DNA from: Candidatus Lindowbacteria bacterium RIFCSPLOWO2_12_FULL_62_27
Lineage (GTDB): Bacteria; Lindowbacteria; 2-12-FULL-62-27
Reading direction: 5' to 3'
Assembly: GCA_001784175.1 (NCBI GenBank)
Contig: MFPR01000041.1
Coordinates: forward strand, 1 to 64,000
DNA: 64,000 nt
Part shown: in pieces, positions 27,603 through 36,353 of the stretch
Position numbering within the stretch: position 1 is the stretch's first letter
How the letters are laid out: every line of letters begins with the position of its first letter
The notes under the pieces: generated by a model
Database searches by the model: none
The model's input: only the letters and a program-made list of their open reading frames with translations
What the model was told of the DNA's origin: nothing
Made by a program: the position numbers and the translations under genes

Positions 27603-28428
27603 ACGTACACTTTTCGTCGCGTTCGCCATCAGCTTATTGATGGCGCTGGTGGCGTACGCCTATGTCAAAAAGAGCGGGACCGGCATCCTGGGTGGCGAGG
27701 ATTCGACCGGTCTTATGTCCGTCCTTGTGGCCGCTGAAGACATTTCGGAGCGCCGGGTTGTGTCTGGAAAAATGTTTGTCTCACGCCCGATCTCCGCCGC
27801 GCTGTTCTCGGAAGGCATGGTCGCCAGGCTCGACCCGGCGGCGACGTATTATGCCCGCCATCCGATGATCCGGGGCGAGATTCTGTACGAGAGCCGGCTT
27901 GGGAACGCCGCCGAGGAGCCGGAACTGTCGTACATGGTCGACCGGGACCAGGGGGTGATCACGCTGGGGGTCACGGACGTGACCGGCATTTCCGGCCTCC
28001 TCAAGCCCGGGGACTACGTGGACGTGTACGCGACGTATTCCAGGGATCAACTGGCGGGTCAGGAAAAGCAGGACCGGACGGAGTCGATCACGCGGCGGAT
28101 CGTCTCCGGCTGCAAGGTGGTGGCGACAGGCCGGGAGGTTCTGTCGCCGGTCAAGGGCGGATCGAGGCCGGAGGCGGATCGGTTCGACCGCAAACGCGAA
28201 ATGGACAGTCTGAAACGGGTGACCCTGGCCGTCAGCGATACGGACATGGAGAAAATCATCTACGCCTATACCAACGGCAAGATCCATCTTGCGTTGAAAT
28301 CGGATGAGGAACAAACTCCGACGGGCCGGCACGGGTACAGCAACCACGATCTCCAGAACGAACTCTTTACCACCATCGAATGCATCCGGGCGGACAGGAC
28401 GGAATGGGTCCGCGTCGATGACCGCTGA
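27580..28428 (+). CDS. cpaB: Flp pilus assembly protein CpaB/RcpC (SAF domain)
   Basis: N-terminal TM, VLVAAEDI, GISGLLKPGDYVDV, VTLAV...GKIHLALK. Start is ATG 27580 or GTG 27595. Confidence 0.88.
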   Translation: MTYSSVSRRTLFVAFAISLLMALVAYAYVKKSGTGILGGEDSTGLMSVLVAAEDISERRVVSGKMFVSRPISAALFSEGMVARLDPAATYYARHPMIRGEILYESRLGNAAEEPELSYMVDRDQGVITLGVTDVTGISGLLKPGDYVDVYATYSRDQLAGQEKQDRTESITRRIVSGCKVVATGREVLSPVKGGSRPEADRFDRKREMDSLKRVTLAVSDTDMEKIIYAYTNGKIHLALKSDEEQTPTGRHGYSNHDLQNELFTTIECIRADRTEWVRVDDR

Positions 28429-29389
28429 CGCCGTGTCCGGCCTGACGTTTATCTTCGTCGAAGCGTCGCTCATTTCAGCCGGCTGGCTCCTCCTCCGGCG
28501 TCGAGGATCGCGCTCTCTGAAACGCTTGGGGAGGTATTTCGTCATTCCCTCCGGGCGCGGGGTCAGCGCCATCGGCGCCGGCAAACCAAGCGTCTATCAG
28601 GCGATGGACACCCGGATGGAGCGGGTGCCCGTCCTGAGGTCGCTCTTCAATTACATCGAACAGCAGCTTGCGATGGCCAATCTCCCGCTGAAAACGTCTG
28701 AGTTTTTGACGGCGATTCTGATCCTGATGATCGCCGCCCTCGTCCTGCAGATCTTTCTGGCCGGCGGATACACCGCCCAAAGCCCGGTTATCCTTGTGGG
28801 TGTCCCCGTGATGTCCTTCGGGTTTCTCAAATGGCGCATCCGGATCCGCATGGGCAGGATCAGAAAACAGTTGAAGCTCGCCATTTCTCTTCTGGCCAAT
28901 CACCTCAAATCCGGAAACAGCTTCGTCCAGGCCCTGCGTCAGGTGACCGACGACCTGGATGAGCCGCTGAAGGGCGAGTTTGAACTCTTGCTGAACGAAA
29001 ACCGGCTCGGCATTTCCATGGAGGACGCGCTCAACAGCATGGTCAGGCGCGTCCCCTGCAAGGAACTGCGGACGCTGGTCCAGGGCGTGATGCTCCAGCA
29101 CGAGACCGGCAGCAACCTCGTCTACATCCTGAAAACCATTCACCAGACCCTCCAGGACCGGGACGATCTTCGCAACAAAATCAGTGTCCTCACCGTCCAG
29201 GGAAAACTGTCCGGCGTGGTCTGCGTCGCCATCCCGTTTCTGCTCTTCTGGCTCATGCACAAGACCCAGCCGGGATACGCCGATGTGATGGTTCATACAG
29301 AGACCGGCCGTCGCCTTCTCATGCTCTGCGGGATGCTCATCCTGGTGGGTTCTTTTTTCATCCTCAGGGTTGTGAGGTTCAAATACTGA
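28418..29389 (+). CDS. tadB: TadB inner-membrane platform protein (T2SS-F family)
   Basis: QL..AISLLANHLKSGNSF.QAL, EPLKGEF, QHETGSNLVYIL, LTVQGKLSG. Confidence 0.9.
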   Translation: MTADAVSGLTFIFVEASLISAGWLLLRRRGSRSLKRLGRYFVIPSGRGVSAIGAGKPSVYQAMDTRMERVPVLRSLFNYIEQQLAMANLPLKTSEFLTAILILMIAALVLQIFLAGGYTAQSPVILVGVPVMSFGFLKWRIRIRMGRIRKQLKLAISLLANHLKSGNSFVQALRQVTDDLDEPLKGEFELLLNENRLGISMEDALNSMVRRVPCKELRTLVQGVMLQHETGSNLVYILKTIHQTLQDRDDLRNKISVLTVQGKLSGVVCVAIPFLLFWLMHKTQPGYADVMVHTETGRRLLMLCGMLILVGSFFILRVVRFKY

Positions 29390-29390
29390 C

Positions 29391-30329
29391 ATGGCCTTCG
29401 CGGCGGCGTCCTGGGTTTTCGTGATCGTCTTTTTCGGCGTCACGCTCCTGAGCGTATTCGAGGACCGGCAGAGTCTCAATGTCCTCGCGCGATTCAGGCG
29501 ATACATGACCCTCCGGATGGGACCGCCGGATCGACCGCGGTTCCATCGGACATTCCACCAGAGAATGATCCGGCCGGTTCTCGACCGAGTGCGGGCGTTG
29601 ATCAATACGCAAATCTCCGAATCGCTGCGCCGGACGATCCAGATGAAACTCCTCAACGCGGGCTGCGCCCTCCGGGTCACGCCGGAGGAATACCTGATGA
29701 ACGCGGCCGGCCGGATCGCGGGCCTGGGGGCGGCGGCCGCGGCCGTTCAGTATTCTCTGGGATTCGCCGTGGAGCGGATCCTGTTCAATTCGGTTCTGGT
29801 CGCGGCCTTGGGGGCCGCGCTGACGGTCCTGCTGCTCGATTCGAAAATCCGCCGCAGGATTTTCACGATCGAGCGCGAGCTGCCCGAGCTTCTGGATTAC
29901 ATCCAGGTGGCCGTCGAGGCGGGGCTGAGCGTGGACGTCGCGGTGGAGCGCATCGTTCGGGAGCAATCGAAAAGCATCATGGCCGGTGAATTCAGGATCT
30001 ATCTGAACGCCGTCGCCATGGGCCTGCCCCGGATGGACGCCCTGCATGAGCTGAACCACCGGACCCGGTCCCGATACGTGAAGAATTTCACGGACGGCAT
30101 CGTCCAGTCCGTCAAAACAGGGATTCCGACCGGGAACATCCTCCAGATCGTCCGGCGGGACATCTATGACGACATCCGGACCAGGGCTGAAAAAAAGGCG
30201 TATCGGGCGCCCGTCCTCATGATGATCCCGATGATCCTGTTCATTTTTCCGATCGTCTTCATCATCACGCTGGCGCCCACGCTCATGAAACTGATGAGTG
30301 GCGTGGGAACGCTGGGAGTGGAGTTTTAG
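29391..30329 (+). CDS. tadC: TadC inner-membrane platform protein
   Basis: IERELPELLDYI.VAVEAGLS, G.PR.DAL, AEKKA..APVLMMIPMILFIFP. Confidence 0.9.
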   Translation: MAFAAASWVFVIVFFGVTLLSVFEDRQSLNVLARFRRYMTLRMGPPDRPRFHRTFHQRMIRPVLDRVRALINTQISESLRRTIQMKLLNAGCALRVTPEEYLMNAAGRIAGLGAAAAAVQYSLGFAVERILFNSVLVAALGAALTVLLLDSKIRRRIFTIERELPELLDYIQVAVEAGLSVDVAVERIVREQSKSIMAGEFRIYLNAVAMGLPRMDALHELNHRTRSRYVKNFTDGIVQSVKTGIPTGNILQIVRRDIYDDIRTRAEKKAYRAPVLMMIPMILFIFPIVFIITLAPTLMKLMSGVGTLGVEF

Positions 30330-30332
30330 CGC

Positions 30333-30695
30333 ATGGCCGGATTCTTTGAGCGTCTGATGGGGCTGATGTTTAAACCGTCCCTCGGGCCGAACGAAGGACT
30401 ATGGCTGAGGCGCTGCCGGGCCATTCACACATTCTTCATGCGTTTCGATATCGACGTGATCTTCCTGAACCGGGACCTGCGCGTCGTGAAGCTGTGTGAG
30501 GGTGTTCCTCCCAACCGGCTGGGCCCTTTCTGTTTCGCCGCTGACTCCGTTCTGGAATGCCGCGCCGGTTTCATCGCCCGAAACGGGATCGCTCTCGGAA
30601 ATGTGCTGGTGTTCAGGAGAGGCGGATCAGCAGTGCTGTCGCGTCGGCGACCCTCGCGCCTGTGGCTGTCCGGCAGGCGGACTCGGCGCGGATGA
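30333..30695 (+). CDS. DUF192-family protein
   Basis: FFERLMGLMF, GLWL..C.AIHTFFMRFDIDVIFL, VLE..AG. Confidence 0.8.
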   Translation: MAGFFERLMGLMFKPSLGPNEGLWLRRCRAIHTFFMRFDIDVIFLNRDLRVVKLCEGVPPNRLGPFCFAADSVLECRAGFIARNGIALGNVLVFRRGGSAVLSRRRPSRLWLSGRRTRRG

Positions 30696-31014
30696 ATTTG
30701 GATCGGACCTCAATCAGGCGGCCGGTGATGGTCAGCGGCTGGTCGGTATCGACCGGTTCGCGGTAGCGGATGGTCATTTCGCCCGTGACGGCCGGCATGT
30801 CCAGAAGATAGGCGACATTCACCATCGATTCGTCCATGATCGCCGAAAGAATTCCGCCGTGCAGCCGGTTCTTCCAGCCCTGAAACCGGCGGTCCGGCCG
30901 GAAGACGGCCGAGATTTGGCGGGTGGTCAGGTCCACGTCGAAACTGAGCTTCAGGCCGATGGGATTGGCCCGGCCGCAGACGAAACAGTGGTCGTCGTCG
31001 CGGAGGTCCGTCAT
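30613..31014 (-). CDS. PaaI-family hotdog thioesterase
   Basis: CFVCGRANPIGLKL, QGW...LHGGILSAIMDESM. Confidence 0.88.
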   Translation of the reverse strand: MTDLRDDDHCFVCGRANPIGLKLSFDVDLTTRQISAVFRPDRRFQGWKNRLHGGILSAIMDESMVNVAYLLDMPAVTGEMTIRYREPVDTDQPLTITGRLIEVRSKFIRAESACRTATGARVADATALLIRLS

Positions 31015-32363
31015 GCGGTCATCGTCTCCAGGAGTTCCGCCGCGATCCGGCCGGCGGCGCCTTGCAGGGAATCGAACGCCTCCCTCGCCTGCCGGCCCAT
31101 TCGCTCGGCGCGATCGCGGTCGAACAGAATCGGCGCCGCGGCGCCCGCAAACGCCTCCTTCGACGTCACCCGGAGGGCGCCCCTGTCCGCCAGGGCCTCC
31201 TCCGCGTCCCGGAAGTTCTCCATGTGCGGGCCGAACAGGATCGGCCGGCCGAAGGCGGCGGGCTCGAAAATGTTGTGGCCGCCGACAGGCACGAGGCTTC
31301 CGCCGACGAAAACGACGGAGGCGCGCGGAAAAAATACGCGGGTCAATTCGCCGATCGTGTCGATCAAGAGAACATCAGACGCTCCGGCGACCGCCGGCCA
31401 GGCGGTATCCACGTCGCCGGGGGACGGCCGAATCATGCTGCGAAGGATCGGCCTGAACCCATGCGCTTCTATCCGCGCCCGGACCTCTTTGGCGCGTTCG
31501 GGATGGCGGGGCGCGAGGGCCAATCGAAACGATCGGCCCTGAGATTTCCAGGCCTTCGCCGCCTCGAGCATCACCTCCTCCTCGCCCGGATGGGTGCTCG
31601 CGGCCAGGAGGAGCGGCGGCGCGTCGGGGTCGATCCGGACCGGGCCGGACCCGGCCGCGCCGGCGCCCGCGCGCCGCTCATTCAGGACCATCGCGTCGAT
31701 TTTCAAGTTTCCGCCGACATGAACCCGGTCCGTCGGCGCGCCCAGGGCGAGGATCCGGTCGGCATCGAGTTTGGATTGCATCCAAAGCCGGGAGAATCTG
31801 GACAGAAGCGGTTTCAGAAAAAATTTCACAAGCGCGTAGCGCGGAAATGACCGGTCGGATATCCGGCCATTCGCCAAAAACAATCGCACTCCATTCCGGC
31901 TTGCGCGTTCGATCAGGCAGGGCCAAAGTTCGGTGTCGATCAAAACCAGGGCCGCCGGCCGGATCTCTCTGAGACGCCGCGCGACGGCCCATGGCAGGTC
32001 CAGCGGGAACATCAGCGGTCCCTCGACGGCGTCGTCCGGCGCCAGCGCCCGCCCGGCAAGCTCCAAGCCCGTGCGGGTGGTGACGGAGAGGGTCACGCCC
32101 CGCGACGGATCCATGGTTCGAATCGCGTGAATCAGCGGCTGGGCCGCGAGAACCTCGCCGACGGAAACGGCGTGGACCCAGATAGAACCTGAGATTTTAG
32201 ATTTTTGATTTTTGATTTTTGATTTTGGAAATTGGATTCCGGTGATGCCCAGGCGTTCCGGGATTGTGCCGAGTTCCCGTTTTTTCCACGCGCGCCAGAG
32301 CCAGTAGGGCGATGAAACCACAAGGCCCATGAGAAACAGGATGCGATAACCGAACGACAACAT
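31011..32363 (-). CDS. waaA: 3-deoxy-D-manno-octulosonate (Kdo) transferase
   Basis: IWVHAVSVGEV, TELWP, NGRISDRS, GNLK.D, AASTHPGEE, APRHPER, DTIGEL, GGSLVPVGGHNIFEPA, GPHMENF. Start placed at ATG 32363. Confidence 0.93.
   Translation of the reverse strand: MLSFGYRILFLMGLVVSSPYWLWRAWKKRELGTIPERLGITGIQFPKSKIKNQKSKISGSIWVHAVSVGEVLAAQPLIHAIRTMDPSRGVTLSVTTRTGLELAGRALAPDDAVEGPLMFPLDLPWAVARRLREIRPAALVLIDTELWPCLIERASRNGVRLFLANGRISDRSFPRYALVKFFLKPLLSRFSRLWMQSKLDADRILALGAPTDRVHVGGNLKIDAMVLNERRAGAGAAGSGPVRIDPDAPPLLLAASTHPGEEEVMLEAAKAWKSQGRSFRLALAPRHPERAKEVRARIEAHGFRPILRSMIRPSPGDVDTAWPAVAGASDVLLIDTIGELTRVFFPRASVVFVGGSLVPVGGHNIFEPAAFGRPILFGPHMENFRDAEEALADRGALRVTSKEAFAGAAAPILFDRDRAERMGRQAREAFDSLQGAAGRIAAELLETMTA
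32191..32237. repeat. Heptamer tandem repeat (GATTTTT/GATTTTG)n inside waaA
   Basis: Encodes IQFPKSKIKNQKSKIS. Confidence 0.85.
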
Positions 32364-32389
32364 CCTCAGTTCGAAAGGCCCGGGACGGC

Positions 32390-33310
32390 TTACCGTCGAG
32401 TTCGAAAAATGTTTCGCGGGGCGTGCGCGGTGCGCGCCGCCGCCCGGCGGCGCGCCGGCGATACCGGCTGGACATTCCTCAGAATCTGCGTGAGAGACGC
32501 GCGCCCGGACCGCCGGGACGTGCCGTTGCCCTGCAGAAACCACTCGCCCAGATCGTAGGGTTCGTCGAGCGTGCCGTGCCAGTCCGAACCGCCGGTGATC
32601 AGGAGGCGCCGGCGCCGGCAAAATTCAATCAGGGAGGATTGAAGCGCCTGCGAATGCCTGGGATGAAGGACCTCGATCGCGTCCAATCCGGCGTCCACGA
32701 GTTTCTCTCTGAGCCGCGCGCCTCCCGTGGAAAAAACTGGGTGGGCCAGCGAAACGAACCCGCCGGCTTCGTGCACGACCTGCACGGCCTCGGCGGGTGT
32801 GACCGTTTCGTACGGCACGTACGCTGGCTTGCCCCGCCGCAGGTATCGCTTGAAGGCCGATTCGACGTCGGGCACAAGTCCGGCCGCGACCAGCGCCTGC
32901 GCGATATGAACCCGGCCGGGCGCCGACGTTTTTTCGGTGTGGATGAGGGCCGGCGCGATCCGGACTCCGAGGTCATGGAGCCGGCGGAGGATCGCGCGGA
33001 ACCGTTTTTCGCGAAGCTGCCGCTGGTAGTCGATGAGGTGGCGGAGCATGGGGGCGTCGGGGGAAAAATCGTAGCCGAGAAGGTGGATGTCCTGGTCTTC
33101 GTGCCGGGTGGAAATTTCGATGCCCGGCATGAGCCGCACGCCGTTCTGTTTGGCGGCGCGCTGTCCCCGCTCCCAGGAATCGACGTTGTCGTGCTCCGTC
33201 AGCGCGATGGTGGTCAGCCCCGCCAGCGCGGCGCGCGCCACCAGGACCTCGACGGGCGCCGCTCCGTCAGACGCGTCGGTGTGGAGATGGAGATCGATGC
33301 GCTGGACCAT
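32390..33310 (-). CDS. PHP-domain metal-dependent phosphoesterase (YciV/TrpH-like)
   Basis: IDLHLHTDASDG, ALTEHD, PGIEIS, IHLLGY, GRVHIA, LAHP, TGGSDWHG. ATG 33310 overlaps the upstream TAA. Confidence 0.92.
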   Translation of the reverse strand: MVQRIDLHLHTDASDGAAPVEVLVARAALAGLTTIALTEHDNVDSWERGQRAAKQNGVRLMPGIEISTRHEDQDIHLLGYDFSPDAPMLRHLIDYQRQLREKRFRAILRRLHDLGVRIAPALIHTEKTSAPGRVHIAQALVAAGLVPDVESAFKRYLRRGKPAYVPYETVTPAEAVQVVHEAGGFVSLAHPVFSTGGARLREKLVDAGLDAIEVLHPRHSQALQSSLIEFCRRRRLLITGGSDWHGTLDEPYDLGEWFLQGNGTSRRSGRASLTQILRNVQPVSPARRRAAARTAHAPRNIFRTRR

Positions 33311-35271
33311 TACTGGTATTTCCTCGCCACGTCCCGGTTGTAATAGGCCTCCAGATTCTCCGGATTCAGTTTCACCGCCTCCGCGAACGACTCGTAGGCC
33401 TTTTGCATGACGCCCTTCTTGAAATAGTAGGTGCCGAGAAGCGTGTAGGCTTCGCTCGATTTTGGATTGAACTCGATGCTCTTCTTGAGCGCGGCGAAAC
33501 ACTCGTCCAGGTTGCCCATCTGGAAATAGGTGCGCGCCATGTTGTAGAAAAGCGCCGAGTCCCGGAGGAGGATCCCGGCGGCCCTGTTGTAAGCTTCCAG
33601 GGCCGGCGGATAATCGCCCTTTTCGTGATAGAGGTTGCCGATTCCCTTGTGCACCGCCCCGTGGACCTCCGAGTCGGCGCTCGAGTCCAGGAGCCGGCGG
33701 TATTCGGACAGGGCCGTGGTCCAGAGTCTTTGCCGGTAGGCGGTGTGGGCCATCATGAACCGCGGGAACGGTTCGTTCGGCCGGAGTTCCGCGGCGAGTT
33801 TGTACGCCTCGAACGCCTTGCCGAGATGCTCGGCGTCGTTGAGGGTTTCCGCGAGGGACAAAACGAAGGTGTAATTGCCGGGCTCACGGTCGACGGCAAA
33901 CGATATTTCCTTGACGGCATCCTCCAGTTTTTTCGCGCGCCGGAGCGTGCGGGCGAGATTGTAATAGAGGTACGGCGCCTTGTTGAGATGGATGGCCTCG
34001 CGGAAGAGGAATTCGGCGCCGGCAAGGTTCCCCGAATCGTCAAAGACCGACGCCAGGCCCGACAGCGCGTCCGCCTTGAGCTGTCCCGGCGTTTCTTCGC
34101 GGCTGACTTCCGTGAGGACGCGGTTGAAAAATGCGTGGGCCTCCGCGAGGTTGCCGACACGATGGTAGAGATGCCCCAGCATGTAATTGAGGCGCTTGTG
34201 CCCGGGGATCCGGTCGTGCAGGGGCCGGATCAGGGTCAGGGCCTCCTGGTATTGCCCCAGGTCCGAGTGGAGCGTGACGGCGTTGAAGTACGCGTCGAGA
34301 TTGTCTGGGTCCATTTCGATGACGCGCTTGAAGGCCGCCAGGCCCTCCTCTTTTTTTCCGGATTTCTCCAGCACGACGCCCAGATTGAAGGTGGCGTCCA
34401 CGTCCTTGCTGGAAATCGCCAGGGCCGACCGGTAGTCGGCCGCCGCCTCCTCCCAGCGCGATTTCGCCTCGTGCGCCATGGCGCGGTTGAAGAGCGCGAG
34501 GTAGCGGAGGTAGGGGTCCGGCGCGGAGGCTTGAACGAGGGAGAAGTGCTCGATGGCCTGCACGTGGTTGCCGCTGTGAAGAAACGCCAATCCGAGATTG
34601 AGCCGCACTTCGGGGTCCTCCCGGAGCCTGAGCGATTCGTTGAACGACTGGATGGCCTCCGGGAATCTTCCCAACGTCGCGTGAATCTCGCCGAGTCCGG
34701 CGTGACTGGCCGCGAAATCCGGTTTCTCCCGGATGGCCATCTGAAACGACAATTGCGCCTTGTCGAACTCGCGCATGTGCAGGTACACGATGCCCAGGTT
34801 GTGATAGCCGTCCGGGAAGCTGCGATGGAAGGTGAGGGCGCGCTGCAGATAGGCGACGGCCTGTGCGTACCGGCCCTCGCCGTCCAGGATATGGGCGAGG
34901 TTGCTGTAGGCGATCGACAGAAGCTGCGTGTCGGCCGTGAGGCTGACGGCCCTTGTCAGTCTGTCCCTCGCCGCGTCGGCCTGGCCCGTCCGGAAATCGG
35001 ATTCGGCCTGGCGGATCAGCGTCTCGGCTTCGGCGCGCTGTTCGGCCACGCCCTGGCGGATTTCCGGAATGTCGGCGGATTCGACCGCCACTCTGGCCGG
35101 CTCCGGCGTCAGGATGGGCTGGGCGGGCGGAGTTTCCAGGACGAGTCCCACTTTTCGTTCCATGAGATAGGGCCGGAACTTGACGGCCCAGACGGTCATC
35201 CCCACGACCAGAAGCAGCGTCAGGCCGGCGGAAATCCATACCTGCTTTTGGCGGGCCAGAAACCCGACCAT
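33310..35271 (-). CDS. Membrane-anchored multi-TPR protein
   Basis: One TM (VWISAGLTLLLVVGMTVWAV) followed by more than 12 TPR repeats. Start uncertain. Confidence 0.85.
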   Translation of the reverse strand: MVGFLARQKQVWISAGLTLLLVVGMTVWAVKFRPYLMERKVGLVLETPPAQPILTPEPARVAVESADIPEIRQGVAEQRAEAETLIRQAESDFRTGQADAARDRLTRAVSLTADTQLLSIAYSNLAHILDGEGRYAQAVAYLQRALTFHRSFPDGYHNLGIVYLHMREFDKAQLSFQMAIREKPDFAASHAGLGEIHATLGRFPEAIQSFNESLRLREDPEVRLNLGLAFLHSGNHVQAIEHFSLVQASAPDPYLRYLALFNRAMAHEAKSRWEEAAADYRSALAISSKDVDATFNLGVVLEKSGKKEEGLAAFKRVIEMDPDNLDAYFNAVTLHSDLGQYQEALTLIRPLHDRIPGHKRLNYMLGHLYHRVGNLAEAHAFFNRVLTEVSREETPGQLKADALSGLASVFDDSGNLAGAEFLFREAIHLNKAPYLYYNLARTLRRAKKLEDAVKEISFAVDREPGNYTFVLSLAETLNDAEHLGKAFEAYKLAAELRPNEPFPRFMMAHTAYRQRLWTTALSEYRRLLDSSADSEVHGAVHKGIGNLYHEKGDYPPALEAYNRAAGILLRDSALFYNMARTYFQMGNLDECFAALKKSIEFNPKSSEAYTLLGTYYFKKGVMQKAYESFAEAVKLNPENLEAYYNRDVARKYQ

Positions 35272-35314
35272 TCGCCGGAAAACTCCCGGTGCGCCCTCCG
35301 CGGGCGCCTGGCCC

Positions 35315-35758
35315 TCAAGAAGCGGGCTTTTTCTTTTTATAAATCGCGTCCAGAACGCCATTGACGAATTTCTCCGAATTCTTTGTCCCGAATTCCTTCG
35401 ACAGCCGGATCGCCTCGTCGATCGCAACGATCGGCGGAACGCCCAGGTTCCCCTCCAGCTCCGTCAGGCCCACCCTCAGGATGCACCGCTCCACCGGCGT
35501 GACCCGCTCCAGCGTCCAGGAAGAAAGCACCGATTGGATGGCGCTGTCGGTCGATTCGGTGGACGAGAGCGTTTCAAGCAATTTGCGCGCGTAGGATTCG
35601 ATCTCCTTGTCGGCCGGTTCGTTTTGCAGGAGGGTTTCGAGTTCGGCGGCCGCGCCGGCCTCCCCGCCTTTCAACTCCGCCGCGTAAAGGGCCTGAACCG
35701 CGAGCGCGCGGGCCGAATGCCGTTTGGGCGCGGTCGAGCCGCGCCGGTCCTCAGGCGT
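35315..35758 (-). CDS. nusB: Transcription antitermination factor NusB (apparent non-canonical ACG start)
   Basis: KRHSARALAVQALY...W.LER...VERCILR...P.VAIDEAI.LSKEFG...S.KFVNGVLD. The conserved N-terminus lies upstream of the first canonical start (TTG 35674). Confidence 0.9.
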   Translation of the reverse strand, partial: TPEDRRGSTAPKRHSARALAVQALYAAELKGGEAGAAAELETLLQNEPADKEIESYARKLLETLSSTESTDSAIQSVLSSWTLERVTPVERCILRVGLTELEGNLGVPPIVAIDEAIRLSKEFGTKNSEKFVNGVLDAIYKKKKPAS

Positions 35759-35768
35759 GTCGCCCCTC

Positions 35769-36338
35769 TCAGGAATGGGCCGCGACGGGCTGGGCCAAGC
35801 CCGGATGGGCGGTCCGGCGGTAGGTGGCGATGAGTTTGATCAGCGCGTCCGCCGCCTCCGAACCGAGATTTCCAAGTTTCCCGCCGGCCCGGTCCTGCGC
35901 CTGCTTGCGATTGTCCACGGCGAGGATGCCGAAGGTCACGGCAACGTCTCCCGCCGCCGACAGCCGCCCGACGCCCTCCCGGACCTGCTGTACGACCAGA
36001 TCGTAGTGCTCGGTCTGGCCGCGGATGACACAGCCGATCGCCATCAGGCCGTCGTACCGGCGGCTTCTGGCCAGCCGGGTCAGAAGTCCCGAAATTTCAA
36101 ATGCGCCCGGAACGTCGAATCTCTCCATTTGCGCGCCGGCTTTTTGAAATACCGCCGCCGCTCCCTCCGACAGCTTGTCGGTGATGTCCGAGTGGAACTT
36201 GGACACGACCACCGCCACCTTGGTGCCCCAAACTTCCGCCGGCGACTTCGCGGCGGGCGGCAATGGCGCCGGCCGCTTCGCGGCGCGCGGCGTGGCAGCA
36301 GGCGCCGCCGGTTTTTTCCGAGCGTTTTCCTGTCTCAC
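35769..36338 (-). CDS. ribH: 6,7-dimethyl-8-ribityllumazine synthase
   Basis: VVSKFHSDIT..L..GA, VPGAFEI, IGCVIRGQTEHYDLV, RAGGKLGNLG.EAA. Confidence 0.95.
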   Translation of the reverse strand: MRQENARKKPAAPAATPRAAKRPAPLPPAAKSPAEVWGTKVAVVVSKFHSDITDKLSEGAAAVFQKAGAQMERFDVPGAFEISGLLTRLARSRRYDGLMAIGCVIRGQTEHYDLVVQQVREGVGRLSAAGDVAVTFGILAVDNRKQAQDRAGGKLGNLGSEAADALIKLIATYRRTAHPGLAQPVAAHS

Positions 36339-36353
36339 GTTGTTTTCCTCCTT

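Noticed and set aside
18099-30695. Prophage or integrative element
   Set aside because: No integrase, transposase, phage structural gene, tRNA target or flanking direct repeat was recognised.
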